From a virus: a DNA stretch of 19,383 nucleotides. A program made the position numbers and the translations under genes. The stretch lies in the UHGV virus genome UHGV-1344012, one strand, 5' to 3'. Shown in pieces: positions 1 to 7,961 of this stretch; the stretch's first letter is position 1; every line of letters begins with the position of its first letter. Under the pieces are notes generated by a model. The model did no database searches and was not told the origin of the DNA. It saw only the letters and a program-made list of their open reading frames with translations.

Positions 1-73
1 ACAACCTCGGGTTTCGGCAGGGCGTAAAGCGTGGTGTTGCCCTCCACGCAGTTAACATGACGGGCGTTAGTGG

Positions 74-1387
74 TTAACTTACTGATTTTAATAATCCTCC
101 CGTACTGCTCTCGTGGCTATGGGGCATCAATGGGGCAAAATCTGCCAGCTTCTGATTCAGCATTGCGATCTGCTCTGCGCTGCTGTCAGCCATCCATGCA
201 CCGTAAACATTGAACACCATCTGCGCGCTCGCATGCCCCATCTGACTGGCAATAAAACTCGGGTTTGCACCAGCAGATAATGACCAGCACGCATAGGTAT
301 GTCGTGACTGGTACGCCTTTCTGTGTCTGATCCCCGCGCGCTTTAGTGCAGCTTCCCATGAGTCGCCTACTGAATCGACCCGGTAGATAAATCCGACCTG
401 CTTACTGCGTCTGACCACATGCGGGTTAAAGACGAATGTACACTCATGGTTCACCGAACGACCGTACTCACGTAACTGCACTTCAATGTGATATTGCCTG
501 CCCAGCCTTGTCATTTCAGCCTGATTTTTCAGGATACTGATTGCGGGCTGGATAAGATGCACCACTCGATCTGTACTTGCCTCGGTTTTCGGTAGAGTGA
601 ACTCACCAAGTTTCGTATAATTACGCCTGACGGTAATTGTTCCCGCCTTCAGGTCGATATCTTCCCAGGCCAGGGAGACCAGTTCCCCGTGACGCATTCC
701 TGTGTACACTGCTAATGACCACAGGTTTTTCGTCTGCTGATGCCGGCATGCATCTATCAGGCGAATAAATTCATCACGAGACAGAGGATCTGGTTCTGCC
801 CTGGCTTTTTTCAGAGGTTTAATTCCCTCGAATGGGTTCACCTCTAAGTAACCGTGATCCGCAGCAAACTGAAACATTCCGGCCATTGTCGTCATGTAAT
901 AGTTCACAGTAACAACGCTTCGCCCTTTTGCCGGGGCTTTATTTTTCGTCGGACTCTGATAACCAGTTAGCAAATCTTTCCTAAGATACAGCAATTCCTC
1001 TTTGGTTACTGCTGACACCAGGCGATTACCTCCGATCCTCGGCACCATATTCCTTGCGACAGATTCATAGCGATTGAATGCGTTCGCGCAGATTTCCATC
1101 CGTTTCAGATCCAGCCATTTTTCTTCAAGTTCTTTCACTGTAATGTCTTTTTTACTTACACCAAAAGCCTTGAGGTTAGGGGAGTCAGGAAACTGGGTTG
1201 CATAATCAAAGGTTCCTGTGCGGATGGCAAAACATACTGATGTCCGCAGTTCCCCGGCTACCTTTCTGTTCTTAGCGGTGTCAGGGACACCGAGACTTTC
1301 CCTGACACGCTTACCTTTAAAATTAAACCAGATGCGTAATGTGCCACCGTGGTTTTCGACGCCTGTTGGATATGTGACTTTATCCAT
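74..1387 (-). CDS. int: Tyrosine-type site-specific integrase (phage integrase family)
   Basis: 437-aa ORF with a C-terminal region typical of tyrosine recombinases (...SRHTYACWSL..., downstream H/Y residues) and an N-terminal arm-binding-like region. Strong RBS (GGAGGT) upstream of ATG at 1385-1387; TAA stop at 74-76. Sits next to an excisionase-like gene. Confidence 0.9.
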   Translation of the reverse strand: MDKVTYPTGVENHGGTLRIWFNFKGKRVRESLGVPDTAKNRKVAGELRTSVCFAIRTGTFDYATQFPDSPNLKAFGVSKKDITVKELEEKWLDLKRMEICANAFNRYESVARNMVPRIGGNRLVSAVTKEELLYLRKDLLTGYQSPTKNKAPAKGRSVVTVNYYMTTMAGMFQFAADHGYLEVNPFEGIKPLKKARAEPDPLSRDEFIRLIDACRHQQTKNLWSLAVYTGMRHGELVSLAWEDIDLKAGTITVRRNYTKLGEFTLPKTEASTDRVVHLIQPAISILKNQAEMTRLGRQYHIEVQLREYGRSVNHECTFVFNPHVVRRSKQVGFIYRVDSVGDSWEAALKRAGIRHRKAYQSRHTYACWSLSAGANPSFIASQMGHASAQMVFNVYGAWMADSSAEQIAMLNQKLADFAPLMPHSHESSTGGLLKSVS

Positions 1388-1445
1388 TGGTGTTACCTCC
1401 AGACGCCCAAGAGCGATACGAGCTTACCTTTTTCATGGCATCAAA

Positions 1446-1682
1446 TCACCCTGGCTGCTTGCTTTTCATTGAAGCGACCCAGGCATCTACAGCCTTTCTG
1501 TTATACATGCACTCACTGGAAGGTTTGGGATTTCCGTCAGGCGATACGTGGATATACTCCCTCCCAATCATCCAGCATTCTTTTCTGGCACGGGTGATGG
1601 TTCCGGGTTTGAGCCCGGTAACCGCGATCAGAACGCTTTCACAAACCCAATCGTTGGGAGCTAACTGGAAAATATTGCTCAT
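1446..1682 (-). CDS. xis: Excisionase-like small DNA-binding protein
   Basis: 78-aa ORF immediately upstream of int on the same strand, with GGAG RBS 8 nt before ATG at 1680-1682. Size, position and sequence character (…LTGLKPGTITRARKECWMIGREYIH…) fit lambdoid Xis-like proteins; family recalled, not searched. Confidence 0.6.
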   Translation of the reverse strand: MSNIFQLAPNDWVCESVLIAVTGLKPGTITRARKECWMIGREYIHVSPDGNPKPSSECMYNRKAVDAWVASMKSKQPG

Positions 1683-1722
1683 AGTTATTTCTCCATTATC
1701 CCGGCTGCACCCGGGGAAAATT

Positions 1723-2301
1723 TTAGTTGTTGCTGGTGGTTGGGATTAGTTTCTGCCAAATCGCTGAAACATATTTCGCCTGGTGGCGGGCATCAGCCAG
1801 TGCGTTATGTGCAACCCCATCAAATGGCATATCACGCTTAGGATCGAAACCTACAACTCTGCCTAATGTGACGATGGTTCTGACGTCGTGATCATTCCAA
1901 AATTGCCACGGGCAAACCTGGCCGGCACGCTCATATGCGCCGCGCAATATAACGTTGTCGAAAGTAGCTCCATTGCCCCAAACTTTTAAATATTTAGGGT
2001 TATCAGAATGCCGATTAATGAAATGGCTCAGTTCAGATAGGGCAGATGATATCGGCATCGCATCATCAACACAGATTGCTGATCGTGCTTCTGAGCTTTG
2101 TCTTAACCACCACAGAATAGTGTCACCGTCCGGCACCGCTCCCTGCTCCATAGCGCTTTCAAGGTTAACGGCGCTGTAAAACTCCTGACCCAGTTCACCG
2201 CTTTGCGGATCGAAGAACACGGCACCTATGGAGACGATAGGGGCATTTGGTTTTTTGCCCATGGATTCGAGGTCGATCATTAAATTGTTCACGTTATACA
2301 T
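1723..2301 (-). CDS. DnaQ-like (DEDDh) 3'-5' exonuclease
   Basis: Exonuclease motifs visible: IDLESMG (Exo I, D-x-E), later acidic motif, and H-x4-D (HNALADA) near the C-terminus. Start placed at the internal ATG 2299-2301 (MYNVNNLMIDLE...) because it has an AGGAGAA RBS and abuts the stop of the upstream gene; the track ORF extends to 2493 by overlap. Confidence 0.75.
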   Translation of the reverse strand: MYNVNNLMIDLESMGKKPNAPIVSIGAVFFDPQSGELGQEFYSAVNLESAMEQGAVPDGDTILWWLRQSSEARSAICVDDAMPISSALSELSHFINRHSDNPKYLKVWGNGATFDNVILRGAYERAGQVCPWQFWNDHDVRTIVTLGRVVGFDPKRDMPFDGVAHNALADARHQAKYVSAIWQKLIPTTSNN

Positions 2302-3076
2302 TCTCCTGCTGCGGTGCTGCTGCCTGCTCAGCTGCCATAGCTGCATCGATTTGCTCACGTAATTTGGTCGCGTGATAATCGTCATCTTCATCCGTGATGG
2401 TCTGCGACCAGAAAATGCTATGGCTTCCGTAAACCATAGGCTCACGAACATCAACGGTTTTAGATACCAGCCAGTCCATGCGGAGTACGTCATCCGGAGT
2501 TACCGGAGAGTTGCCAGCCTGGAGAATAGATTTCAGCGCTGCCCTTGGCATTGCCGACCAGGCAAGGAATACGTCTGGCCTGTCGACATCTTCTGTCGGG
2601 AGAGTGTTTTCTATTTCGTCCAGCGCATCACTTAGCTTCTGAAATGCGTCGTCTGGAACAACGTGGCACTCTTCGCCATCAACATCTTGCTGACAGCTAT
2701 CATCTGCGAGTTCGAATGCGGCCCAGCAAACATTGAGCAGCATTTCAATAACGCGACGGTGTTCTGCTGTTACGCAATTCTCCGGCACTACCTGCGCTGG
2801 CGTGGCAGTGTAGAGCGGAATTACCGCATCTCCCATTGGCTGAGACAGGCACTTAAGGTGAAGATCACCCATCTTTGCATAAGCCAGAGTTTCCTCAGCG
2901 GCATAAAGCACAGGCTCAGCATTCAGGACTTCATCAATCACCTTGACAGCATCAGCCATTGCGTAGCCGAGATTACCGCCGTCACTTTGCGCTGCTGCTT
3001 TGCTGAGTATTTCGCTTATCTGGTGCAGGCGATCGAGTGATACAGGACCGTGCGCCGGGTGGTTGTTAGTTGTCAT
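2294..3076 (-). CDS. Hypothetical acidic phage early protein
   Basis: 260-aa ORF in the tightly packed leftward operon; its stop lies 2 nt from the exonuclease start. No motif recognised by eye. Confidence 0.6.
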   Translation of the reverse strand: MTTNNHPAHGPVSLDRLHQISEILSKAAAQSDGGNLGYAMADAVKVIDEVLNAEPVLYAAEETLAYAKMGDLHLKCLSQPMGDAVIPLYTATPAQVVPENCVTAEHRRVIEMLLNVCWAAFELADDSCQQDVDGEECHVVPDDAFQKLSDALDEIENTLPTEDVDRPDVFLAWSAMPRAALKSILQAGNSPVTPDDVLRMDWLVSKTVDVREPMVYGSHSIFWSQTITDEDDDYHATKLREQIDAAMAAEQAAAPQQENV

Positions 3077-3079
3077 GGG

Positions 3080-3265
3080 TTAGTCCCTCTCCACATTGAG
3101 AATGTCATCGTAATCATATTCAGTTTCATAACCGTCAGTGCCGAACAGAGTTACGACACCATCCTCTTCCCAGAACGTCTTCACTGTGTAACGTTTGCCG
3201 TGAAAGGTGATAACTACATCGCCAGGCTCAACGTCTTCTGCTCGAATTTTCAGTTTATCGACCAT
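3080..3265 (-). CDS. Small hypothetical protein (61 aa)
   Basis: Compact acidic ORF filling the gap between flanking genes in the operon, with stop/start spacing of 1-3 nt to its neighbours. Confidence 0.5.
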   Translation of the reverse strand: MVDKLKIRAEDVEPGDVVITFHGKRYTVKTFWEEDGVVTLFGTDGYETEYDYDDILNVERD

Positions 3266-3266
3266 C

Positions 3267-3920
3267 TCATTCCCCCTTCACGCCAATGCCAGCGGCGGCA
3301 CGTTCGGCTTCACTTTGTTCCCAAAACCACTTGTGAAGCGCCATAAGCTCTTCGTCAATCGGTGCATATTTGCGGTCAAAGTAGGCCTGAGCATCTTTCT
3401 CAGATTCGTCAGGCAATTCACCAGGCCCAAACAGCGTGTTATAAATCCATGCCAGTCCGCTCTTAGCGTCGCCAGTTGCCTGCCATTCGATAATCGCAGC
3501 CTGCATGACCAGAATGTTTTTCCCGATTAATAGGTCCAGTTCTTTGAACCGGTTGCGGATGTATGCATTCTCGCTTTGTAATTTTGCGTTGCGCTTCTCT
3601 GCGGCTTCTCTTCGGTTATTTGCACTATCGTACCGTTGCATCCATGACTTAATTTCAGCTTCAAGAAGGTCTTCCAGCTCCGCATTACGCTTGTCTTTAG
3701 TTTCCAGCTCATCCAGCAGCGCCAGCACAGTGGCGGGGTTGGATGCGGCGATGAATTCTGCATCAACCTTGAGGCAGTGCTGGGCGATTGCTTTTACCCC
3801 TACCTTGACCTCGTGGCCCCGCGCGCCTTTGTGTGGATGATATGATTCCCAACGGCCCCACGAGGCTTTGTTTGCTGCATCCGCCGTTTCACGCAGCGCC
3901 TGTTTGTTGATGTTGCTCAT
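3267..3920 (-). CDS. Hypothetical coiled-coil protein, possibly ead/Ea22-like
   Basis: 217-aa ORF with a central charged, helical segment (…NAELEDLLEAEIKSWMQRYDSANNRREAAEKRNAKLQSEN…). Start overlaps the upstream stop (translational coupling). Ea22-like assignment is from memory only. Confidence 0.55.
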   Translation of the reverse strand: MSNINKQALRETADAANKASWGRWESYHPHKGARGHEVKVGVKAIAQHCLKVDAEFIAASNPATVLALLDELETKDKRNAELEDLLEAEIKSWMQRYDSANNRREAAEKRNAKLQSENAYIRNRFKELDLLIGKNILVMQAAIIEWQATGDAKSGLAWIYNTLFGPGELPDESEKDAQAYFDRKYAPIDEELMALHKWFWEQSEAERAAAGIGVKGE

Positions 3921-4675
3921 TGTGCTGCCTCCTGGCGGTCTATGCGTTCAATTTCAGCCAGAATAAGCGCGCCAGCTTTCACCAGGTCACGGCGCGGGCC
4001 TGTCGGCTTCCACCATTCGGGTGCCCACGGCCAGTCCATCGGAATGCGGTTAAACGGCTGGATGGTGTTCAGGACGTAGCATGAGGATGCCCACAACAAC
4101 TGCGATTTTCCGTATTTGTCGTCATGCTCAGACGTCCAGCCCTCAACGGCTTTCTGCCGCTGGCGCTCTGCTATCACATCTAGAATTGCAGGATTGAACG
4201 TCCGCGCCTCCAGTTCTGCTATTTGATTCTCTGCTGCGTAGAGTTTGCGCTTCAGTTCTACGTTTTCCTCAGAAAGAGATACCGCTGCCTCCCAATTAAC
4301 GATCCCCTCATGGCAGGCCTCCTGATATGCCGTCAGCACAACATCAAACAGATTGCCATCCTGTAGCAGCTTAGCCAGTTCAGGCTTCCAGGCTACGCAG
4401 TCATCATCAGGGTCCTGCATGTTGTAGACGTAAGTATCAAAGGCACCCATCAAGCGCCCGAATCCACCTTTGTCGTCTACCAGCACTTGCCAGGCACGGA
4501 GAAGAAACAGTTTTTGATTACGATCTAAATCCGTCCGGGATAGTTCATCGGCGATAATGCTGATTTCACTACCGTGCCAGCGAGCGTCATTCCGTTGTGC
4601 CGCATGAAACAACTTCCAGAAATACTCGGTTTCTTCTTGGTCCGGGCGGCATTGCTTCAGTGTATGGACTGTCAT
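3917..4675 (-). CDS. Hypothetical protein with a C-terminal DUF550-like segment (tentative)
   Basis: 252-aa ORF; C-terminal W-rich segment (…EGWTSEHDDKYGKSQLLW…WPWAPEWWKPTGPRRDL…) resembles phage DUF550-type domains as recalled. ATGA overlap with the upstream gene. Confidence 0.55.
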   Translation of the reverse strand: MTVHTLKQCRPDQEETEYFWKLFHAAQRNDARWHGSEISIIADELSRTDLDRNQKLFLLRAWQVLVDDKGGFGRLMGAFDTYVYNMQDPDDDCVAWKPELAKLLQDGNLFDVVLTAYQEACHEGIVNWEAAVSLSEENVELKRKLYAAENQIAELEARTFNPAILDVIAERQRQKAVEGWTSEHDDKYGKSQLLWASSCYVLNTIQPFNRIPMDWPWAPEWWKPTGPRRDLVKAGALILAEIERIDRQEAAQ

Positions 4676-4998
4676 GCTGCACCGCCTTCAACGTTACGTA
4701 ACCAGATGCATACCGCGCCATCTTCGGTGTTGTGAATTGAACCGACAAACCAACCTTCACCGGCTGGCGATTCTGGCTGCCAGGCTGAAATATCGTAACC
4801 ATCAACTTCAGGATCGATGTCTTCTTCATCCCGGTAAACTACCGTCCATTCGAGGCCGTTTTTATCCAGCCAGGCGTTGAACTCATCAGGTGAGATAAAT
4901 TCACGACCATCGCAAAATTGCTCATAGACGGGGTGAGTCCANNNNNNNNNNTAGCCGTATTGGTCGCGTTCTACTGGTAATGCCGTAAATTTGCTCAT
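4672..4998 (-). CDS. Hypothetical protein (interrupted by a 10-nt N run)
   Basis: 108-aa ORF in operon context with overlapping stop/start to its neighbours; N run at 4942-4951 lies inside it, so the sequence and frame there are unverified. Confidence 0.45.
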   Translation of the reverse strand: MSKFTALPVERDQYGXXXXWTHPVYEQFCDGREFISPDEFNAWLDKNGLEWTVVYRDEEDIDPEVDGYDISAWQPESPAGEGWFVGSIHNTEDGAVCIWLRNVEGGAA

Positions 4999-5240
4999 TG
5001 GGCTGCTCCTTTGCGGACGTTTCGCAGAAGCTGGTTAAATATCAGCGTTAAGTTATTGCTGCATCCAAACGGCAGATCATTGACGCGGTATGTCGGTATC
5101 CCACCGCGTGCGCCAGACTTAACAATTCTCCCTGTTGCATAAAGCTGAGATAGTGCGCTGGCTACGGCTGGCGTCTTTTTACCCATCGCCCTTGCGATGG
5201 TGGCGTTCGGGTGGCCCTGGAGATATTCAAATACGGTCAT
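4995..5240 (-). CDS. Small hypothetical protein, possible winged-helix DNA-binding
   Basis: 81-aa ORF; start overlaps the stop of the upstream small ORF (ATGA-type overlap). Basic helical character suggests nucleic-acid binding, which is inference. Confidence 0.5.
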   Translation of the reverse strand: MTVFEYLQGHPNATIARAMGKKTPAVASALSQLYATGRIVKSGARGGIPTYRVNDLPFGCSNNLTLIFNQLLRNVRKGAAQ

Positions 5241-5404
5241 TGCGTTTTACCTTTACGTTCCTGTTCCAGTTGCGCCAATGATTCGGTTAATGCTGCGAAC
5301 GTAGCTTCAAGCCTGGTAGCGACTTCGCGCATAAGCGATGCATGCTTTGGTGGCAATTCAGCCACGGAGGCAAACGCCTCCGCCACGAGTTCTTTTACCT
5401 TCAT
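5237..5404 (-). CDS. Small helical ORF (55 aa), not in the ORF track
   Basis: Hand translation of the minus strand gives MKVKELVAEAFASVAELPPKHASLMREVATRLEATFAALTESLAQLEQERKGKTQ. Its ATG overlaps the stop of the HD gene and its TGA overlaps the ATG of the downstream gene, filling an otherwise unexplained 160-nt gap in a tightly coupled operon. Confidence 0.35.
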   Translation of the reverse strand: MKVKELVAEAFASVAELPPKHASLMREVATRLEATFAALTESLAQLEQERKGKTQ

Positions 5405-5940
5405 GCGGCGCATTGACGCTGCTCCATCAACTCATTAAAGCGATTTATGAACATGCCGTATGACTGGCCTGGACGAACTGGATTGATGATGAATAGGTCC
5501 GTCGGGACAACGCCATCGAGGCATGGCCACACGGAACCTTCGTCAATCTCAAAATCGCGGCGTTCGCTGGCGAGCATCACCAGATCGGCATATTTCACTG
5601 TTGGGTGTTGCTCCGTCGGTAGGCCAAATTTCTGGCGAATAGCAGCGTCTACGCGAGCTTCGATCACCTGGTAATCCGGTAACAGGCGCTTAAGCGGTGA
5701 GGGAATATCTTGCAGGTAGGCTTCGGCGGCATCATGAAGCAGTGCTTCTAAGGCAAACTCCTGCGGAACGAGATGGCTGGTTAAAACGCTATGCTGGCCG
5801 ACGCTGTAAAACTCAGGAAGATGCCCAGCAAAACGGCAGATATGAGACAGCGCAGTAGCAATATCCTCGATGACGATATCGTCCTGTTGGATATCGAGGT
5901 AATTAAAGTGTTTGCCGGATAATGTCTGAATGTAGCTCAT
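5401..5940 (-). CDS. HD-domain phosphohydrolase (YfbR/YfdR-like 5'-deoxynucleotidase family)
   Basis: Contains an HD motif (…LLHDAAEAY…) and upstream His residues typical of HD metal-dependent phosphohydrolases. Start set at ATG 5938-5940 (MSYIQTLSGKHF…) with GGAG RBS; the track ORF begins further upstream. Confidence 0.8.
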   Translation of the reverse strand: MSYIQTLSGKHFNYLDIQQDDIVIEDIATALSHICRFAGHLPEFYSVGQHSVLTSHLVPQEFALEALLHDAAEAYLQDIPSPLKRLLPDYQVIEARVDAAIRQKFGLPTEQHPTVKYADLVMLASERRDFEIDEGSVWPCLDGVVPTDLFIINPVRPGQSYGMFINRFNELMEQRQCAA

Positions 5941-6068
5941 GGTTTTCTCCATATTGGCGCGCTGCACCGCGCAGATTTTGGTTGCACGAATCCCTCGCCG
6001 GATGGCGATAATTAATGGAATTACGCTTCAATAAATCCCCGCGGCGCCGGGGATTTAATGCAGAGCAA

Positions 6069-6896
6069 TTAGGCTTTAAAGTTACCGATGAAAGTTTCCA
6101 CTGATTCACCGTCGAACTTGCTGATCAGTAAATCGCGGAATTCGTTGGCGATTGCTTCTTCCTGGGCTTCAAGTTGGACGATGCGCAGAACAAAGCAGGG
6201 TTCATCGCTGGTCAGCAGGCTGTTACGCAAGCTAAAGCGGCGTTCGCCCAGACCTTCATACGGCACACATTTGAATTCGAACGCTACCGGCATTACGTCT
6301 TTGCTGCTTGCTTCGACGCTTTGCATGAGTGATTTTTTACCAGCGAAATCACCAGTTTCATGATCCTGCTGGGTTGCTTGTTGGATAGTGATACGACGCA
6401 CGGCCTGAGCCGCCTGAGAAATCTCCATCGTCTTACCATCAGCGTCAAACGCCAGCAGGTAATCACTCCAGTCTTCCAGCCATTCAGCGATTTGCTTTTG
6501 TTTCAGACGCTGACCATCGATCTGTAGTAGCGCGCGAAACGGGGCGGTTTTCTTCAGAGTGATTGAAGCAACGTTATCGGCGTGACCGGGGTTATCCAGG
6601 GTGCCGATGTTGAACACTGAACGGGCGGTCATGTTGTCAGCGTCAATGAAGCAACGAGCTGGCTCGCTGGCGCTGGCATAACCTTTAGAATAACGTGCGA
6701 AGTCGTCAATACTGGTTGTGGTCATTGCGCCACGAAAGCGGAAACGTTCCAGAGAAAAGCGCTCAAGGCTTTCAACGCCAGTACCCTCTGGCAGTAATGC
6801 GGTCGGGCAAGCCAGGCCATGAATATCATTCAGGTGATAACCGGAAAGGACCAGGTCTTTGACCTGCTTGAAGGTGCCGCTGTCTAACTGAGACAT
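6069..6896 (-). CDS. DUF2303 family protein (YfdQ-like prophage protein)
   Basis: 275-aa ORF whose size, position next to the HD gene and sequence character match the YfdQ/DUF2303 family of CPS-53-like prophages as recalled; not verified by search. Confidence 0.65.
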   Translation of the reverse strand: MSQLDSGTFKQVKDLVLSGYHLNDIHGLACPTALLPEGTGVESLERFSLERFRFRGAMTTTSIDDFARYSKGYASASEPARCFIDADNMTARSVFNIGTLDNPGHADNVASITLKKTAPFRALLQIDGQRLKQKQIAEWLEDWSDYLLAFDADGKTMEISQAAQAVRRITIQQATQQDHETGDFAGKKSLMQSVEASSKDVMPVAFEFKCVPYEGLGERRFSLRNSLLTSDEPCFVLRIVQLEAQEEAIANEFRDLLISKFDGESVETFIGNFKA

Positions 6897-6952
6897 AAAA
6901 ATTCCTTATTAACTGATGATCAAAGTGGTATCAGTGAGTTTGTTGTTGCGGA

Positions 6953-7324
6953 TCACTGAGCCGCTTTAAGCTTTCCGTCCACCGCGCCGGTGATCCCGAA
7001 CAGTTGCCCCTGATCCTCCTGGAGGATGGTTAGCTTCCCGCCTTTGTTAACCCACATAGGGGTTTCGGTTGTGTCCTCTTCGGAGGCTTTACCGCGCGGG
7101 GTTGGGGTGCTGTAGTTCAGCTTGTGCTTGATCTTGACGCGCTTCTCTTCAACGGAATTACCCATACGCTCAAAATCAAAGGTGAGGACTACTTTGCCTT
7201 TGTTGCCGTTGTTCAGAACGCCAAGCGCGGTGGTGTTAAGTGCTGCCGCGATTTTGTTCATGAACACACCGGCATCCAGCTCGCCCAAAAAGTCGGGCAC
7301 TACGGTCATGCGGTCATTACTCAT
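6953..7324 (-). CDS. Hypothetical protein, first gene of the leftward early operon
   Basis: 123-aa ORF starting at ATG 7322-7324 with GAGGG RBS. The track ORF extends to 7603 only because a 10-nt N run (7347-7356) masks the upstream frame; that upstream part looks non-coding. Confidence 0.55.
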   Translation of the reverse strand: MSNDRMTVVPDFLGELDAGVFMNKIAAALNTTALGVLNNGNKGKVVLTFDFERMGNSVEEKRVKIKHKLNYSTPTPRGKASEEDTTETPMWVNKGGKLTILQEDQGQLFGITGAVDGKLKAAQ

Positions 7325-7486
7325 GGTTTTACCCTCGTTATGGCGGNNNNNNNNNNCTGCCACCGCCGAACTTTCTCCATACACAACAGAGAAGGGCACC
7401 TGCATTTGTCGGCGACTGCAATCGCTATCCTCTTGCCCGGGTGGATTGGGGAATGAGCCCGTCGCCCGGTGATGCCCTTGTCTCTT

Positions 7487-7518
7487 GTGTAAAAAAGGTG
7501 CCCACCGATGTGATGGGC
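7487..7518 (-). terminator. Candidate intrinsic terminator in the pL leader (tL-like)
   Basis: On the minus strand: GCCCAUC-ACAUC-GGUGGGC hairpin (7 bp incl. one G-U), then ACC and UUUUUU. The 3-nt spacer before the U-tract weakens the call. Confidence 0.35.
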
Positions 7519-7878
7519 AAAGACTACACACAGCAATGATGTTGTTGTGGCGGTGGTGCCTCCACCTGCCGGACCGGCCAGAACCGGCGACGCTACACCA
7601 CAAGAAACGTATTCATTTCAAAAGTTGAAATAAAAACTTGTTGGCCTCGTCACGTGCGCAGAGCCGCATTACCACAACGGTGAGAGCACTGTTTACCTGC
7701 TTTACCGCGTCGCGTCTCACGCAGTCCGATAATCAGCAATGCTCTCGCCTGTTGTGCCCTTAAAAAGCTGGCTGTCACCCTCAAGGGGAAAGAGAGCAGC
7801 CAGAACAGGGAACACGTCTTATTGCTTTGGCCTGCTTTTAACCACATCAGGCGCGGTGGTTTGGTGTCGACAGAAAAA

Positions 7879-7945
7879 AATCTAACTTAACTTAGTTTTC
7901 TGGTCAAGTGAAAACATCAAACTAAACTTAGCTTGATGCTTAGAG
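7879..7945 (-). promoter_or_regulatory. Candidate pL promoter with OL operator cluster
   Basis: Minus-strand -35 TTGACC (complement of 7902-7907), 17-bp spacer, -10 TAGATT (complement of 7879-7884). Near-palindromes with CTAAG/CTTAG half-sites overlap it (ctaacttaacttag at 7882-7895; ctaaacttag at 7922-7931). Confidence 0.45.
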
Positions 7946-7961
7946 GAAGAGTGGGAAGGGA

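Noticed and set aside
1218-1749. Plus-strand ORFs (1218-1472, 1349-1597, 1387-1749) overlapping the int and xis genes
   Set aside because: They are antisense to well-supported genes, lack RBSs and have low-complexity, non-protein-like translations; most likely chance open frames.
6953-7603. Track ORF extending the first leftward gene to 7603 (216 aa)
   Set aside because: The extension exists only because the N run at 7347-7356 hides possible stops; the extended N-terminus is non-protein-like. A good RBS and ATG at 7322-7324 give a sensible 123-aa gene.
7321-7847. Minus-strand ORFs in the pL leader (7321-7536 and 7650-7847) as possible N-like antiterminators
   Set aside because: No Shine-Dalgarno sequence ahead of either start, translations are Arg/His/Cys-rich low-complexity strings unlike lambda N, and one runs through an N run. 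Treated as non-coding leader.
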